A DNA stretch of 63,054 bases, the filler included, from Octopus bimaculoides (lineage: Eukaryota), in NCBI RefSeq assembly GCF_001194135.2. It is 6 parts of 6 records of this genome, joined end to end, with 100 filler letters (N's around TTAATTAATTAA, not from the genome) between each part and the next. Parts side by side here need not be neighbours in the genome. Positions count along the whole stretch, not along the records: positions 32,370 to 63,054 come from NC_068981.1; 5 more parts are not named here. One strand, given 5' to 3'. Below, one piece after another: positions 33,481 to 45,800 of the stretch. The notes beneath the pieces are model-generated. The model worked only from the letters and a program-made list of their open reading frames with translations, searched no databases and was not told the origin of the DNA. The translations under genes and the position numbers were made by a program. The stretch's first letter is position 1. Each line of letters opens with the position of its first letter.

Positions 33481-34869
33481 ATACAATCATGATATTAAAT
33501 TAGTGCTACAATATGAAGTATAATTGAATATACACACTCGCACACACACACCTACGCAAAATATACATGGAATTTAATTAAATGTAATGGCTGAAATAAG
33601 AAATCGTGTGACAAAAAAAAGTGCGTAAGTTAACGAACTCCCTTTTATAATTATAGAAATACAAATTCATACGCACGCTCATATACCTACGTTTAAGATC
33701 GTTGGGCCTATAGAAAAGCGAAATATTAAACATGGCTAGTACGCTTTAGGATCTAGTGTGTCATCAAGAGGATTCAGAAAATAATCAAATTGATTAGTTA
33801 GATGTGCGGAAAGTGTGTTAATTGTAGCCAGATCCACACAACACCATGAAGTAGTAACATCAAAGAGTAATGTAGGATCCAGGCTCTGGTATACTAGTAA
33901 ATTAAATTAGGTGAAATGCCTACCAGGGAGCATCACAATTACACTAAGTTATGTTAAATGGATTTCAGGTTGTTGAATGTAGTGCCCACTAATAGTTGAA
34001 GCTGATTGGTGATTACCGGAGGCTGTATTTGACTGTTAATTTTGAGAGCTGACTTTTCGTTATATCGTGGGATGTCAACAGTTGTGCATAGAAGAAAATG
34101 AGGAAATCTGTTTAGTTTTTTAGGAATAAATTTTATTTATTTTGAGAGAGTTTGAAACTTCTAATAACTGGTGCAATTGAAATAGTGTTATGATAAATGT
34201 TGAGAGAGATTGGTACTACTGGAACGGAATTAGTATAGAAAAATTACTGACAATCATTGTGTTACTGTGAATAGTTCGTGTGCTTAATGTTATCTCTGTG
34301 TTTCTGTCAACATTTCGTCACGATGATTTTAGCCTGGTTCAGCCGCTGCCTGTGTTTGTTTGCTATGTTGTCTGCCGTGTCACCATTGCTACAACCCAGG
34401 TTTCTCTCTGTGCTTTCTGCGTCTTGGTCATGTGTGTGTATCACTTTATTCCTATTGAGAAGATCAGAAAGAAAGGTACCAAACTGATATTAGGCACTAG
34501 AGCCTTTTCGAAGTGTAGTCGTGATTGGACAATATTCCTTCGAGATTCTATTCTTTCCATTGGTAAGATTCGCTGATCATGTGAGCAACGTTCCACCGAA
34601 TCGCGACATTCGGGTGAATGCTGAATATTTTCACTACAGATTAAAGAATAGGACTAGAGGCAAAGGAAGGCGCAGTTTGTTACGAAATTTTCAGGAACTA
34701 CGAATAGTGAGTGACATGAATTGTTTAATTGGAGATTACGTAATCCCTGTATAAATTTCCTCATGAGTTATCTATAGATGGAAAATTAAATTATTCAAGA
34801 AGTTATCGTTAACTGCAGATGCGCGGTGATTAACTAGTAGAGTCAAATGGGAATTATGGCTTGTAGCGA

Positions 34870-35420
34870 AGGAATTTACTGCGTAATTTATGTTTACATC
34901 TCATCTGCTCATCAAATCTATAAATAATGTTACCTTACTGTATATGATCGTAATAATATCCGCAATGCTTAGTGAGCACCTATCATTATAGCCACAAAAT
35001 GGTTTCGCGCGTTGAATGACCGACCATTTGACGTTGTAATAAAAGATACTTTCTTTCCAAATTATTTTAGATAAAGATGTGCTAGCAGCGTTAGCGTCCG
35101 ACCTTGAAAATCATATTGTGATTATGTAAATTTCATTTGAAATAATTACAATTACCAACCATGCAGGCGCAGCTAGTATGCTTTGTGGTAACTACACTTT
35201 GAGAAACAATGTTGTTCATTAGGCACTTGTTATCTAATGAATACGAGGAGAGGTAATTAAAATTACACACTCTAGTTAAGTTTCCACGCGGTGTGCAGTT
35301 CAGGCAGGTGCGATCGGAGCCGTTACTACCTTCATAAAACACACCGAAGTGATAGGGTTCGTAAGATTACGAAAGTTGTGGGTAGTCCTAGTGATGTTCT
35401 TATTCAGAAGGTTACCGTGC
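34870..35420 (-). mobile_element. Penelope-like GIY-YIG C-terminal remnant
   Basis: DNKCLMNNIVSQSVVTT...VG...FKxNLHNHN..FK...TSLSKIIWK...YNVKWSVIQRAKPF....RCSLSIAD matches the PLE pattern GKCL..NIVY.A.V...YIG...FK.R..NH..SF...LSK.IW...KWSI...A.PY...C.LC..EK. Confidence 0.78.
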
Positions 35421-35449
35421 CAAAACCTACAGACAAAAATTGTGTTCTG

Positions 35450-36420
35450 TTCAATGGATGCGAATTTGATCTGATATTGATATACGTGATGAAAGTTACC
35501 TCCTCAGTTTGAGAAGGAAGTTCAGGGTTATCTGGGGTATTGTCTATAGGTTACGTTAAACAGAGTGATATGTGGGCCGATAAATATTTTATTATTAATC
35601 TTGCATATAACATCGGCTGCCGTTCTGGAGACTTAAAATATTTCCATATATACTACATTTGGTACGGTGCTTTTCTAAATCTGCAAAAGTAATTTCGGTA
35701 GTCTTCTTTGAATATTGTGTAGGTGCAGTGGAATCAGGTTACCTCTCTCAAAGTTGTGAGCGGCTTTCCATAGATGGTGTGGGTTTAGGTGGATTAGGAT
35801 ACATATTGGTGTATTTTCGCCGAGTACCGTTGAGGAGGAAATACTTGAATTTATTCTAGATAGAGATGTTGGAGGGTGGGTCACGAAATCAGAACAGTAG
35901 CGTGGTATTTACTATCCCGCGCGGAAGAGTCAGGGTTACACTTCACTTTATCAGCATACCCAGCTCTACTGAGTGCTTCGTTGTAGTAGTTTGCGTACTG
36001 GTCGAATATTTCTATACTGGTTGATAGAGTTGATATGCTATACTATACGCTATAGAGGATCAAGTTGAGGACAAACAGAGGGTGATTAGATTGAAAATGA
36101 ATGTAATTAATGTTTTCGCATAGTGTGCGGTATGAGTGGAATATGTGGCTATTCAGTTTTAATGTAACATCGAAAAATTCAGCTGTTCTAGGATTATTAC
36201 TGAATGTGAAACTCTGACCTATATTCTTAAGGAATTTTCTAACTATCTTTCTAAATTGTTCAATCTCTGAAAAACAGAAAAATAGCATTTCAGCCAACAC
36301 ATCGACATTTGCACCAATAACAAAAGTCCAAACTTCAGAATTTTTCCCTCTACCAATTCAGGGACGATACAACCTGTAGCCAACGAATTAGTAAAGAGTC
36401 GTACTTCATTACAAAATACA
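35450..36420 (-). mobile_element. Penelope-like RT C-terminus to GIY-YIG remnant
   Basis: EQFRKIVRKFLKNIG.SFTFSNN.RTAEFFDVTLKLNSH.FHSYR...NINYIHFQSNHP (PLE RT thumb region); later NVVYM...KIFIG (GIY-YIG). Confidence 0.75.
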
Positions 36421-36481
36421 GACCCCTTTTGAATGCATCTACAACAGATGACATATCCACGACCTTAGAATAGCAGACATT

Positions 36482-36845
36482 CAAATATTAAAAATGCTAC
36501 ATTCAAAAAAAAAAACCCAATAATTCATTAAAGACAGTCCCAATCACTACTATAATCCACAACGAATCACTTTTAGGTCACTTGACCATTTAACATCCTA
36601 CTACTATCATACCACTCACGCATTCTTTTATTATTCTTTCTCTTCTTCTTCTTCTTCGTTTTCTTCTTCCTCTCTGCCACTTCCTTCCTTACTTTATTCC
36701 CACTGCTATTTAGAATAACACCTGTGCAAATATTAAAAACAATAGATTCAAAAGAGATATTTCAAGAATTTAATCACTACTACCACCCACAAGTCACTTT
36801 CAGCGCACCTGACCATATAACATCCTACTACTATCATACCACTCC
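36482..36845. repeat. Local imperfect direct duplication (~120-140 bp)
   Basis: CAAATATTAAAAA...TCACTACTA...TGACCAT.TAACATCCTACTACTATCATACCACTC occurs at about 36482-36618 and about 36727-36845. Confidence 0.75.
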
Positions 36846-37462
36846 CAAGAGAGACAGAGAGAAGCAGAAACCAGGAAAATGCTCCTTCTATTTGAATACT
36901 ATGTAAATATTCTTTTAAAATAACTTTTCATTTAATTTTTTCAAAATTTAATTGGTTTCCATACTTACAGTTGAAAAAGTCTCAATGACTGAAACCGGTA
37001 CTGAAATGATTTTTTTTAAGATAAAAGTATTTTAGCATTTTCTACCTTGACCTTTTTCCTTATACATATACATACATAGATATATACATACATACATACA
37101 TACATACATATACATACATATATANNNNNNNNNNNNNNNNNNNNNNNNNNNNNNNNNNNNNNNNNNNNNNNNNNNNNNNNNNNNNNNNNNNNNNNNNNNN
37201 NNNNNNNNNNNNNNNNNNNNNNNNNNNNNNNNNNNNNNNNNNNNNNNNNNNNNNNNNNNNNNNNNNNNNNNNNNNNNNNNNNNNNNNNNNNNNNNNNNNN
37301 NNNNNNNNNNNNNNNNNNNNNNNNNNNNNNNNNNNNNNNNNNNNNNNNNNNNNNNNNNNNNNNNNNNNNNNNNNNNNNNNNNNNNNNNNNNNNNNNNNNN
37401 NNNNNNNNNNNNNNNNNNNNNNNNNNNNNNNNNNNNNNNNNNNNNNNNNNNNNNNNNNNNNN

Positions 37463-37506
<44 letters not shown>

Positions 37507-38947
37507 AATATTCTTTTATATAAAAACTGTTTATGCAAATATTATATTGACTACTTAGCAAGTATGCAAACACCTACGGTTGTATGTTCATATGAATATA
37601 TTTGTATGACCTTATCTTTCCGAATGTGCATTAAAAATGCAGATTCGATTACACTCCTACTGAAGTTCAAGAGATACAATGCAAAACAAATTTGTGCAAT
37701 ATTGAATAAAACACCGGGAAGAAAAGCATTTGATATTATGTAAATTCTTTATCATCAATATACTACTTTCGTACTCGTGCCTCCAAGGAGGAGCTTATCA
37801 TATTTGGACGGGAAGATAGAAGAAAATATTCGATTGTTGATAGAGAAATATAATCAATGATAGAACATTGACATCCAAAACATAAACACGAATAATCATC
37901 ATCAAAATACTCAAAAGTAAACCGCTTAATGTAAATCATGTAACAGAAGTACATTCTAATCTGTCTGAGAGACTTTAACATAGAATTGTTGAACTGGAAT
38001 TCTTAATTTAGAATCATCTTTATCATAAAGATTTTATTTGCATTGTTCTTTATTTTTATATTTCTATTTCAATCTTGATAAAATTTGATATGCTCATTGC
38101 TATCGTTGTTCTGTTTAATTAACTATAATTAAGTATTACTATGCTTATTGCTTATCGAAGGCGATTCTACAATGCGTATTTTTTTTATCTGAAGCCTATG
38201 AGGCAGAACCTTCTTTGCTAATGCAGCATTCTTTCGATCAGCAAAACGTAAAACAACAAATCAGCATATCATTAGAATAGTACGATGAACTATATATAGA
38301 ACTATGTACCAGGTTGAGCAATTTGTCAATAACTACTAAAGTGGTGCACGTTACTGTCACTAATTAGGGCCACAAATTACACGAATTACTCCCATCGGTT
38401 AGTCAAACGAGGGGGGAAGGAAGTAACTTAATTTTTGCACCGCTTAAGATTGAGTAGAAGAAGAGTTGAACTTATCTCCAGACTGAAGACGTGCAACGAA
38501 TTCTTGCAGTAGAAAGGAATCCTCAAAAGGCACTAAAATATCACGTGGCAGGATTGAGAAGGGTAGATAATTAAGTCGAGCATATAAGAAAAAAACTGGT
38601 CACGCAGAGTTTCCATCAACCGAATTTCATTCCCAGGGCTTACATTCCCAAGGCTTTTAAAGTTCTGTTATAAGAAAAGTGATGAATGTACAACAAAGTT
38701 GGATCGAATTAATACTACAGATTTTGGGCACTACCTCTGCGCCAGCGCCTACTTAAGAGCAAATAACATGTGCAAAATGAAGATAAGTTATGGATGAATT
38801 CAGAGGAAATTGTTTGAATACGATTTTGAAAACCGTTAGCTCTATAAGCATTTTGTAGTTTAATGTTGAATTAAAATCAGTAAATATAATAATGGATAAA
38901 ACGTAGTTCGATCTATTTCTATATTCGCTGAATTTAATTTCGCAGAG

Positions 38948-38982
<35 letters not shown>

Positions 38983-40454
38983 CACGCACACACATACATA
39001 CACACACACATACACACACATAGACATACATATATACGCAATCGTACGTATTGATATATCACCATATGTGTGACACAAAACCATTCATACTAATATGCAT
39101 TATTTTATATTATGAAACAGCAACCTTTATTGCCTACATATCATTTATTCGAGCTTAATTATCGATGTCTATAAAAGGCAAAGTAATTAGTAACTGATAT
39201 ATTCATAAGTATAATACATAATGTCAACAAGAAATATATTATGTTTAAACATGCACGCAATACAAAGAAATGTTTATTATTCCTTATTCATTAAATTAAA
39301 ACTATTTGTGAATTAATATAGAGTATTTGAAGATAGAAACGTACAAGTTACACTGTGCGTATAGATTTTCAAACACGTTAACTCAAACTCAGACTTTCAG
39401 ACACATACTTCCATATTTATATATGAACATATAAAGCATACGTGTATGCATAAGTAAACACTTACGCACACATTCATACTTACAAGCAGAATTATGTATA
39501 AGTATCTCTCTCTTTCTCTCTGCGTATATATATATATATAAACATAAAATCAGTTACTCTACATTAAAGAACAAAGAAATGTGTTTATAGTTTGTGATTT
39601 TATTAAATGATCGATACAAGTCTACTATAATACAACGAAATCAGATGACAAATTATATCAATGTTTACAATAATAACTTACAGTGTATGTTTGAGTACAT
39701 AGTACACGATACTTAAAATAGACACACAACACACACATATTCACAATCAGAATCTTATAAAATATATGTACATTATTCAATTAATTATATAATACTGTGA
39801 TAATACATATCCAGGAGTTTCTCTGCTACAATTAATGGCGGTTATTATTTGACAGCAATAGAATTCTGTCATTACTATGAAGCAGAATTTTCCCCTTGTC
39901 GAGTTACGCAGTCCCTGTGAATTCGTATTATCAGAGTGAAAACAAGAATATCAATTTGGCTTAGCAAAAACACGTTAAATCACTGTGAGCAGATAAAAGA
40001 AAAGACCTTTCAAAAATGTAAGCTTAATGCCAGCTTATTGTAAATTGCACAATAAATTTGATTAATCTGAATAAACATTGCTGAAATAACGAAACTGAAG
40101 AAAAACAAGTTACGCAATTCAAAATACTAACGAAACTTCCCAATGAATTGAAACGACCAAGATTTAATACAGTTAAAGGAACTGCTTGTAGCAAATTAAT
40201 ATTCAAGCCCTGCTAGGAATACATTGTGGTATTAAATGCAACCTGGTAGCAGCTAAATTGAAGAGAGATCAATAAATTCTAAAATATCATCAGGACTATT
40301 GCTTGGACTGACTGCTGAAACCGAATCCAAATTAGTATACATTTACCCAGAGTCATGTGAAGTAAAATCTAACACGGTATTGTGTATAAGGAGGCCGACA
40401 TTCGTACATCCACCACTAAGCCTGTATTTGAACAATTTAATATTGGCCTCCTTT

Positions 40455-40630
40455 TTAAGGCGGTGAGCTAGCAGAAACGTTAGTACGCCGGGCGAAACGC
40501 TTAGTGGTATTTCGTCTGTATTTACGTTCTGAGTTCAAATTCCACCTAGGTGGAAGCCTTTCATCATTTCGGGGTCGATTAATTAAGTACCAGTTGCATA
40601 ATGGGGTTGATCTAATCGACTGTCCCACTC
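40455..40630 (+). mobile_element. tRNA-derived SINE family A
   Basis: AAGGCGGTGAGCTAGCAGAAACGTTAG...GTTCTGAGTTCAAATTCC...GCCTTTCATCATTTCGGGGTCGAT. Confidence 0.88.
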
Positions 40631-40810
40631 CACGTGATCTACTTGAGTATAAATGAATATTGGCTTCCTTTTTTATTCATAATTATAGCATTGAAAACTT
40701 CGAACTCAAATTCATAGGTGATACTTACTACAAATAGTTTAGCACAAGCGACGTTTGGGTTAAACAATTTTACTGATTTCCACAGGGTATAATTATGAAA
40801 ATAGAAATAA

Positions 40811-41115
40811 AACAAGAGCGCTCAGAGAGCGTAAACCTCCGCCAATGTAACACCACCGTTCTCTCAAAGATTAGCTAGAGATGATTTTTAAAATGAGAAT
40901 ATCTGAAATAAACCCGACAGTTCTCACAAACAAGAATACTAAAAATGAAGCCGACCGCTCTCAAAAATTAAGTAAAAAATCCAGAAAAATAATCCAGAGT
41001 CCCAGTCACGAGGCCAAACATCCCTGAAAGTTTCATCCAACTCCATCCAGCGGGCAAACAAACAATCAAACACGACTGAAAACAACACATCTGCCCTTGC
41101 GAAGGCGGAGGTAAT
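40811..41115 (+). mobile_element. Non-autonomous Helentron-associated element (HINE/DINE-like)
   Basis: Starts AACAAGAG. Subterminal inverted repeat ACCTCCGCC (40835-40843) / GGCGGAGGT (41104-41112). 3' stem-loop CCTTGCGAAGG, (CAAA)n tract and AAAGTTTCATCCAA motif. Confidence 0.62.
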
Positions 41116-41289
41116 AATTAATTGTTCAAATATTTAGTCGTGAGGGAAAGTAAATTGTAATTGCTTTGGTATCATATGGTATCAAATTCCGTTTGACGTA
41201 ATCTTGACTAAATATCTTCTAAATTGGGTTTACCTGGATATGTAAATATTATGTGGACATGCACACTCATCGATCAATGCAAACGACTA

Positions 41290-41460
41290 TTATTAATCGT
41301 TAGCATGCCGGAGAAAAATACTTAGCGGCATTTCTTTGACCTGCTTACCTTCTGAATTAAAATTCCGCTGGGTTAGACATCGTTTTTCATCCTTTCAAGG
41401 TCAGTGAAGTAACAGTTGAGCACCATGGTCGATGTAATCAACTTATCCCTTGTACCAAAA
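41290..41460 (+). mobile_element. SINE family A, diverged copy
   Basis: ATCGTTAGCATGCCGG...CTTAGCGGCATTTC...AAATTCCGC...TTTCATCCTTTC...GGTCGATGTAATC. Confidence 0.7.
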
Positions 41461-41486
41461 TTTTAAATTATCACTGTTGTTGCTGC

Positions 41487-41513
41487 TCTAGTAGTAGTAG
41501 TAGTAGTAGTACG

Positions 41514-41550
<37 letters not shown>

Positions 41551-41606
41551 CTTCTTCTTCTTCTTCTTCTTCTTCTTCTTCTTCTTCTTCTTCTTCTTCT
41601 TCTTCT
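41487..41606. repeat. Compound trinucleotide microsatellite (AGT)n(GTT)n(CTT)n
   Basis: Directly visible. Confidence 0.95.
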
Positions 41607-41803
41607 ATTCTTTTCTTTTACCTGTTTCAGTCATTTGACTGCGGCCATGCTGGAGTAACGCCTTTAGTCGAACAAATCGACCCGAGGACATACTCTTTTT
41701 AAGCCTAGTACTTATTCTGTCGTACCCTTTGCCGAACCGCTAAGTTATGGGGACGTATACACACCAACACCGGTTGTCAACTGATGGTGGCAGACAAACA
41801 CAG

Positions 41804-41845
<42 letters not shown>

Positions 41846-42000
41846 ACACAAATACACACACATGTATATAAATATACTTTCACTTTCCGTCTACCACAAG
41901 ACTTTGGTCAGCCCGAGGTGACCAAATTGCTACACAGTGTGACTGAACCCGGAATCATGCCGTTGCGAAGCAAGCTTCTTACCACACAACTCCTGCCCCT
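41607..42000 (-). mobile_element. tRNA-derived SINE family B, full length
   Basis: Colinear with 32547-32936. Confidence 0.88.
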
Positions 42001-42001
42001 A

Positions 42002-42090
<89 letters not shown>

Positions 42091-42128
42091 CATTATTATT
42101 ATTATTATTATCATTATTATTATTATTA
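42002..42128. repeat. (ATT)n microsatellite
   Basis: Directly visible. It is the source of the poly-Ile pseudo-ORFs. Confidence 0.95.
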
Positions 42129-42389
42129 CAAATTGATGGTGAAAAGGAGATTTAAACACTTTCATAATAGTACCCTACCCCGAGCTGAGTGTTTGAAAGG
42201 TGTACCTTGGTGTACCCTTTCTTAGTTGAAAGGCTGTATGCTAAGAAATATAATTACCTAACTCCTATAAGTCTGTAATTCATTCATTAATTAATATCCC
42301 CCGATATTCCCCGATATCCCCGACATTACCTGATTTGCTGCTTGGCAGAATACATCACAAGGATTTTCGGAATGGATCATCATGCGGTT

Positions 42390-42602
42390 TCGGGGAGTTT
42401 TTTCTTCTTTGCGCCCCTTTCTCGGTTTCAATGGTGTATGCGTTTCCCAGATGGACAGGACACCAGTCCATCGCAGCGTAACGCATTTTTACCAGCTGAG
42501 TGGACTGGAGCAACGTGAAATGAAGTGTTTTGCTGAAAAACACAACGCGTCGCCCGGTCCAGGAATCGATCATGGTGCACCCTAACTACGAAGCGACGCG
42601 CC
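42390..42602 (-). mobile_element. tRNA-derived SINE with a V/Meta-like central domain (family D)
   Basis: The minus strand has a B-box-like GATCGATTCC, then CAAAACACTTCATTTCACGTTGCTCCAGTCCACTCAGCTG...CTGCGATGGACTGGTGTCCTGTCCA, which resembles conserved V/Meta SINE cores (from recall). Confidence 0.6.
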
Positions 42603-43332
42603 TTTCGGGAAGTTTTGGCCCTTTCGATATCAAATTTCCTCTCCCATTTGGATTAGATGGGACTTATAAATCCCCATCTTACATTCAATTACCANNNNNN
42701 NNNNNNNNNNNNNNNNNNNNNNNNNNNNNNNNNNNNNNNNNNNNNNNNNNNNNNNNNNNNNNNNNNNNNNNNNNNNNNNNNNNNNNNNNNNNNNNNNNNN
42801 NNNNNNNNNNNNNNNNNNNNNNNNNNNNNNNNNNNNNNNNNNNNNNNNNNNNNNNNNNNNNNNNNNNNNNNNNNNNNNNNNNNNNNNNNNNNNNNNNNNN
42901 NNNNNNNNNNNNNNNNNNNNNNNNNNNNNNNNNNNNNNNNNNNNNNNNNNNNNNNNNNNNNNNNNNNNNNNNNNNNNNNNNNNNNNNNNNNNNNNNNNNN
43001 NNNNNNNNNNNNNNNNNNNNNNNNNNNNNNNNNNNNNNNNNNNNNNNNNNNNNNNNNNNNNNNNNNNNNNNNNNNNNNNNNNNNNNNNNNNNNNNNNNNN
43101 NNNNNNNNNNNNNNNNNNNNNNNNNNNNNNNNNNNNNNNNNNNNNNNNNNNNNNNNNNNNNNNNNNNNNNNNNNNNNNNNNNNNNNNNNNNNNNNNNNNN
43201 NNNNNNNNNNNNNNNNNNNNNNNNNNNNNNNNNNNNNNNNNNNNNNNNNNNNNNNNTATATATATATATATACATATATATATGCATATTTACACACACA
43301 TACATACACACACGTTCACACACACATACACA

Positions 43333-43395
<63 letters not shown>

Positions 43396-43813
43396 ATATT
43401 CAACATCTCTTACAAAAGATGAATTAATCGTAAAATTCGCAGGTACGAGGATATAGATAAATCAACTAAAGAAAATTATTTTCATTTTTCCAATATATTC
43501 AATCGTGAGATCCCAAATATTTACATATATTAATTTTACCGTACATAGTGAACACCAGTTCCTGCTTGTTTGCTTTTTCTTCCCCATTCCGATGTTTTAG
43601 GTTGCCAGCTTTCTCGTTTTGTGTTCATATCTGCTTTCTATCAGAGTTTGAAAATCTGCCAATAAACTATTTTGCGCTACTAGACTTAATATGAGGGTAA
43701 AAGTTTATCTTCCACTCTGTCATTCTCTTCTCTTCCTCTTATTTATTTTCACTCCTCTATTCTACCTAACTGGAAAGAAATTCTAATTTCAGCAAGATAC
43801 GTTGCAAAGATAG

Positions 43814-43852
<39 letters not shown>

Positions 43853-43865
43853 CACACGCACACAC

Positions 43866-43913
<48 letters not shown>

Positions 43914-43958
43914 NNNNNNNNNNNNNNNNNNNNNNNNNNNNNNNNNNNNNNNNNNNNN

Positions 43959-43999
<41 letters not shown>

Positions 44000-44307
44000 T
44001 ATATAAACACACTTGATTGTGTACATGTGCCTGTTTATATACATATAAATACATTTGAATCGCGAGAGAACTATTGCACCAAAGTGAATATGCGTCTGAG
44101 TTCGAGAATTAGATTGTTAGTATTAGTGGGTATACTTATGAGAGTCGATGTTTGTATATGGATATAAATGTAAGAGCCTAAATGCTATGATTCATCAAAC
44201 CTACGAATATACATCTTAGGTTTAATAATATCATTAGGAAACAAACTATTAAACTATAGTGAAATCGCGCCGTAGTGTATGTTATGATATAACATTCATC
44301 AATGGGA

Positions 44308-44351
<44 letters not shown>

Positions 44352-44749
44352 ACTGACCAGCATAGTGAAAACGCTTCAGTGAAAAACGTATTTACGCTTG
44401 TCAAGAGCAAATTTAAACAATAAGGAATTCTATTATTATATTGTTAAGTTGTGACTTTAAACATTTTAGAAATGATATATACACATCGATTCTGTACGCA
44501 TCTAATGTTTGGGTATTAACATTAAATAATAATAGTGATAGTAAATTTTCTTTAATGGCCACAAGGACCAATACATACAATGCAAAATATGACATGCTGA
44601 AAAAGTTACAAAATATGAAGGATGTAGATGTGAATTTGCAAGCCAAACCTTCGACGAAATACATAATACAATATATTAAGGATATATCAATTTATTTAGT
44701 ACGTATAAAAATTAAATTAGAACAAAAAATTAAGTGTAAATCAACACCT

Positions 44750-45800
44750 TAGAAGAGTCAAAGAATTGAACATTTTACACATGGATCTCTATTTTGCAAT
44801 GAACCACACTTATATGTTTATGAATGGGGCTTATATTCATGCGTTTGAAAATGCTGTATCAGGAAGTTTCACAGTATGGTCGTCAAGAACTATATATGTC
44901 GGGCTTTAACTACAATGGAAAGTTCTTTTTATATTGACAAGAATTGGACTCAGTAGGATATACTTTTAATAAAACATTTTGTGGTAACAGATCTAATATT
45001 TCATGTATTTTAAAATGACAATATTTGGGATATGAAATATATTATGTGTAATTACACAAAATACCACATATTGGTGTATTAGCACGACAGGAATTTATAA
45101 AAATACTGGTTTGCATGAACTTACGATCAGGATTTTGTCTCTATCTTCTATTTTGCAAATATTGATGATTTAGGATGTAGAAATATAAAGTATATATATA
45201 TATTTTATGATATACAATAAAATGATTTTTGAACCATTAAAAATGCATTAAGACTTAAAGATGGTATCTTGTATTTGTATAATGGAGAATTAATTCTTCC
45301 AGGAACGTGCTTGAAAAGATTAGTGATAAGAGCTCTACATCATGATATACGCTGTGGTTCAAAGATTACATGTATACTGTTGAAATTGTTAGACGTGTGG
45401 GATCCAGATTATTATCAAAATGGCTACAAGTTCAATACCAGAGCATAACCACCCAGCTGATATGTAGAAATGATGTCAATTATTCTAGGCTAAATCTAGA
45501 TGTACCTCACGCATTGAAAACAAATGAAATTCAAACATCGTCCTTGTTTATATAAAATGTTTCTGACATAAATAAAAGCCTGTTGTTTTGATATATTTGG
45601 TGATCAGGTCTTAGAGTTAGAAACAAAGAAGTAGTAACAATTACTTACGCATGAGGAAATGCATTTTCTATCGTGGTATTCTGGAAACATCAGTGGTTAG
45701 TAAAACCTGTGAATTTTATGATAATGCCTTCCGGGATTGCGTGATAGACCACAAAAAGATGTCTGTGCCATGCAGAATAAAACGGAATTAGTAAAAGAAT
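44750..45800 (+). mobile_element. Highly decayed Ty3/Gypsy pol remnant (RNase H end to integrase)
   Basis: In order: KHFVVTD; YEIYYVxLHKIPHIGVLAR (resembles F.I.YV.G..IPH.DALSR); LKDGILYLYNGELILP..LKRLVIRALHH.I..G.K.T..L.K..VW (integrase H2C2 region); FYRGILETSVVS (resembles F.R.GIPET.VSDN). Confidence 0.55.

Noticed and set aside
33780-34560. Possible further PLE N-terminal/RT remnant
   Set aside because: Only vague motif echoes, with no diagnostic RT motif readable.
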